Positions 63,062-64,000 of a DNA stretch of 64,000 bases are shown piece after piece (the first letter of the stretch is position 1; the number at the start of each line of letters is the position of its first letter). Where the stretch lies: the NCBI GenBank assembly GCA_963793265.1, contig CAWBZI010000006.1:96001-160000 (forward strand). The letters are read 5' to 3'. The notes below the pieces were generated by a model, which saw nothing but the letters and a program-made list of their open reading frames with translations, ran no database searches and was not told the origin of the DNA. The position numbers and the translations under genes were made by a program. The DNA comes from an uncultured cyanobacterium (GTDB lineage: Bacteria; Cyanobacteriota; Cyanobacteriia; Phormidesmidales; Phormidesmidaceae).

Positions 63062-64000
63062 TTATGCGCGAGCGTTCGCAATCGCCTTCGCAGGCTCTCT
63101 CACATAGGCATTCACCACATTTTGAACAATGGTGAGCCCGGTATTATTAGCCAGCGTCATAATCGACTCTGGGTGAAACTGCACCGCCGCAATCGGCAGC
63201 GTTTTGTGCTCAATCGCCATCACCACACCATCTGCCGAGCGCGCCGTGACCCGTAAAGCTGACGGAACGTGCGTATCTAGCGCGTGTAGCGAATGGTAGC
63301 GCCCCGCTTCAAAATGCTGAGGTAGGTTCTGAAAGAGCACCGAATCAGCGTGCGTCACCGTGATTAAAGAAGACTTGCCGTGCTGAGGAATACTAAGTAC
63401 GCCCAGCTCCCCGCCTAGCGCCTCAACGATGCCCTGAAGCCCCAGGCACACGCCAAACATCGGAATCGAGCGGCGAATGCAGGCCATGATTGTCTTATCA
63501 AGCTTAAAATCACGTGGATTGCCCGGCCCCGGCGAGAGCACTACTAAATCAGGTTTTTCAGCATCCAAATAGCACTCCGCAAAGCCATGTCGCAGCGTTG
63601 TGACCTGAGCGCCCGTTTGGCGAATGTAGTTAGCTAGCGTATGCACAAAAGAGTCTTCGTGATCGACCAGTAAAACCTTACAGGGCGCATGAATAGCGCT
63701 TGAACGATAGGGTGCAATCACCGGATTTGTCGGCTTGGCCTCCTTTAGCGTCTGCATCATCGCCGCCGCTTTCACGACCGTTTCTGCCTCTTCAGCCGCC
63801 GGGTCTGAGTCATAGAGCACCGTCGCCCCTACCCGCACTTCGGCAATCGAGTCTTGCAGGCGAATGGTTCGCAGCGTCAGGCCCGTGTGCACATTGCCGT
63901 TGAACATAAAACCGCCAACGGCTCCGCCATACCAGCGGCGCGGGCTGCGTTCATTTTCTTCGAGAAAGGCGATCGCAGCTCTTTTCGGTGCGCCCGTCAC
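63062..64000 (-). CDS. trpE: Fused anthranilate synthase TrpE(G), C-terminal part (begins beyond the window)
   Basis: TGAPK..WYGGAVG..LTLRT..VRVGAT (TrpE end) in frame with GATase motifs DHEDSF, SPGPG, GVCLG, RYHS, QFHPES. Confidence 0.93.
   Translation of the reverse strand: MTGAPKRAAIAFLEENERSPRRWYGGAVGGFMFNGNVHTGLTLRTIRLQDSIAEVRVGATVLYDSDPAAEEAETVVKAAAMMQTLKEAKPTNPVIAPYRSSAIHAPCKVLLVDHEDSFVHTLANYIRQTGAQVTTLRHGFAECYLDAEKPDLVVLSPGPGNPRDFKLDKTIMACIRRSIPMFGVCLGLQGIVEALGGELGVLSIPQHGKSSLITVTHADSVLFQNLPQHFEAGRYHSLHALDTHVPSALRVTARSADGVVMAIEHKTLPIAAVQFHPESIMTLANNTGLTIVQNVVNAYVREPAKAIANARA

Overview
Cyanobacterial chromosomal window, judged from dense HIP1 octamers (GCGATCGC) and cyanobacteria-type genes (Tab2, PlmA-like GntR, Fd-GOGAT, Uma2, pentapeptide repeats). 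(i) 0.8-5.3 kb is an accessory islet: two PIN-type toxin-antitoxin pairs flank a frameshifted NACHT/pentapeptide gene. (ii) 5.3-40 kb is mostly housekeeping: rps1b, plmA, two HicB-like genes with no HicA, tig-clpP-clpX, asd-dapA-rnj, rne-rnhB, pheA, the rpsL-rpsG-fusA-tuf-rpsJ operon and glsF. (iii) 41-64 kb is one minus-strand block: trpE(G)-trpC-trpA-trpB-trpD-eboABCDEF-tyrA, a PAS histidine kinase, a REC-AraC regulator, a lysine-free Gly/NPF-repeat protein with a putative beta-roll, and a CheB-CheR-PAS hybrid kinase. This resembles the distal part of a scytonemin-type cluster; scyABC are not in the window. Main observations: base composition flips at HIP1 sites (G/T-rich 5' of the site, C/A-rich 3' of it, on either strand and at synonymous positions); the uncharacterised NPF/beta-roll protein sits among the scytonemin-type regulators; a perfect 22-bp inverted repeat lies on the NACHT frameshift; and three frameshifts in short homopolymers (one in essential rpsG) suggest sequencing errors. 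All calls come from reading the sequence and recognising motifs; no searches were run.
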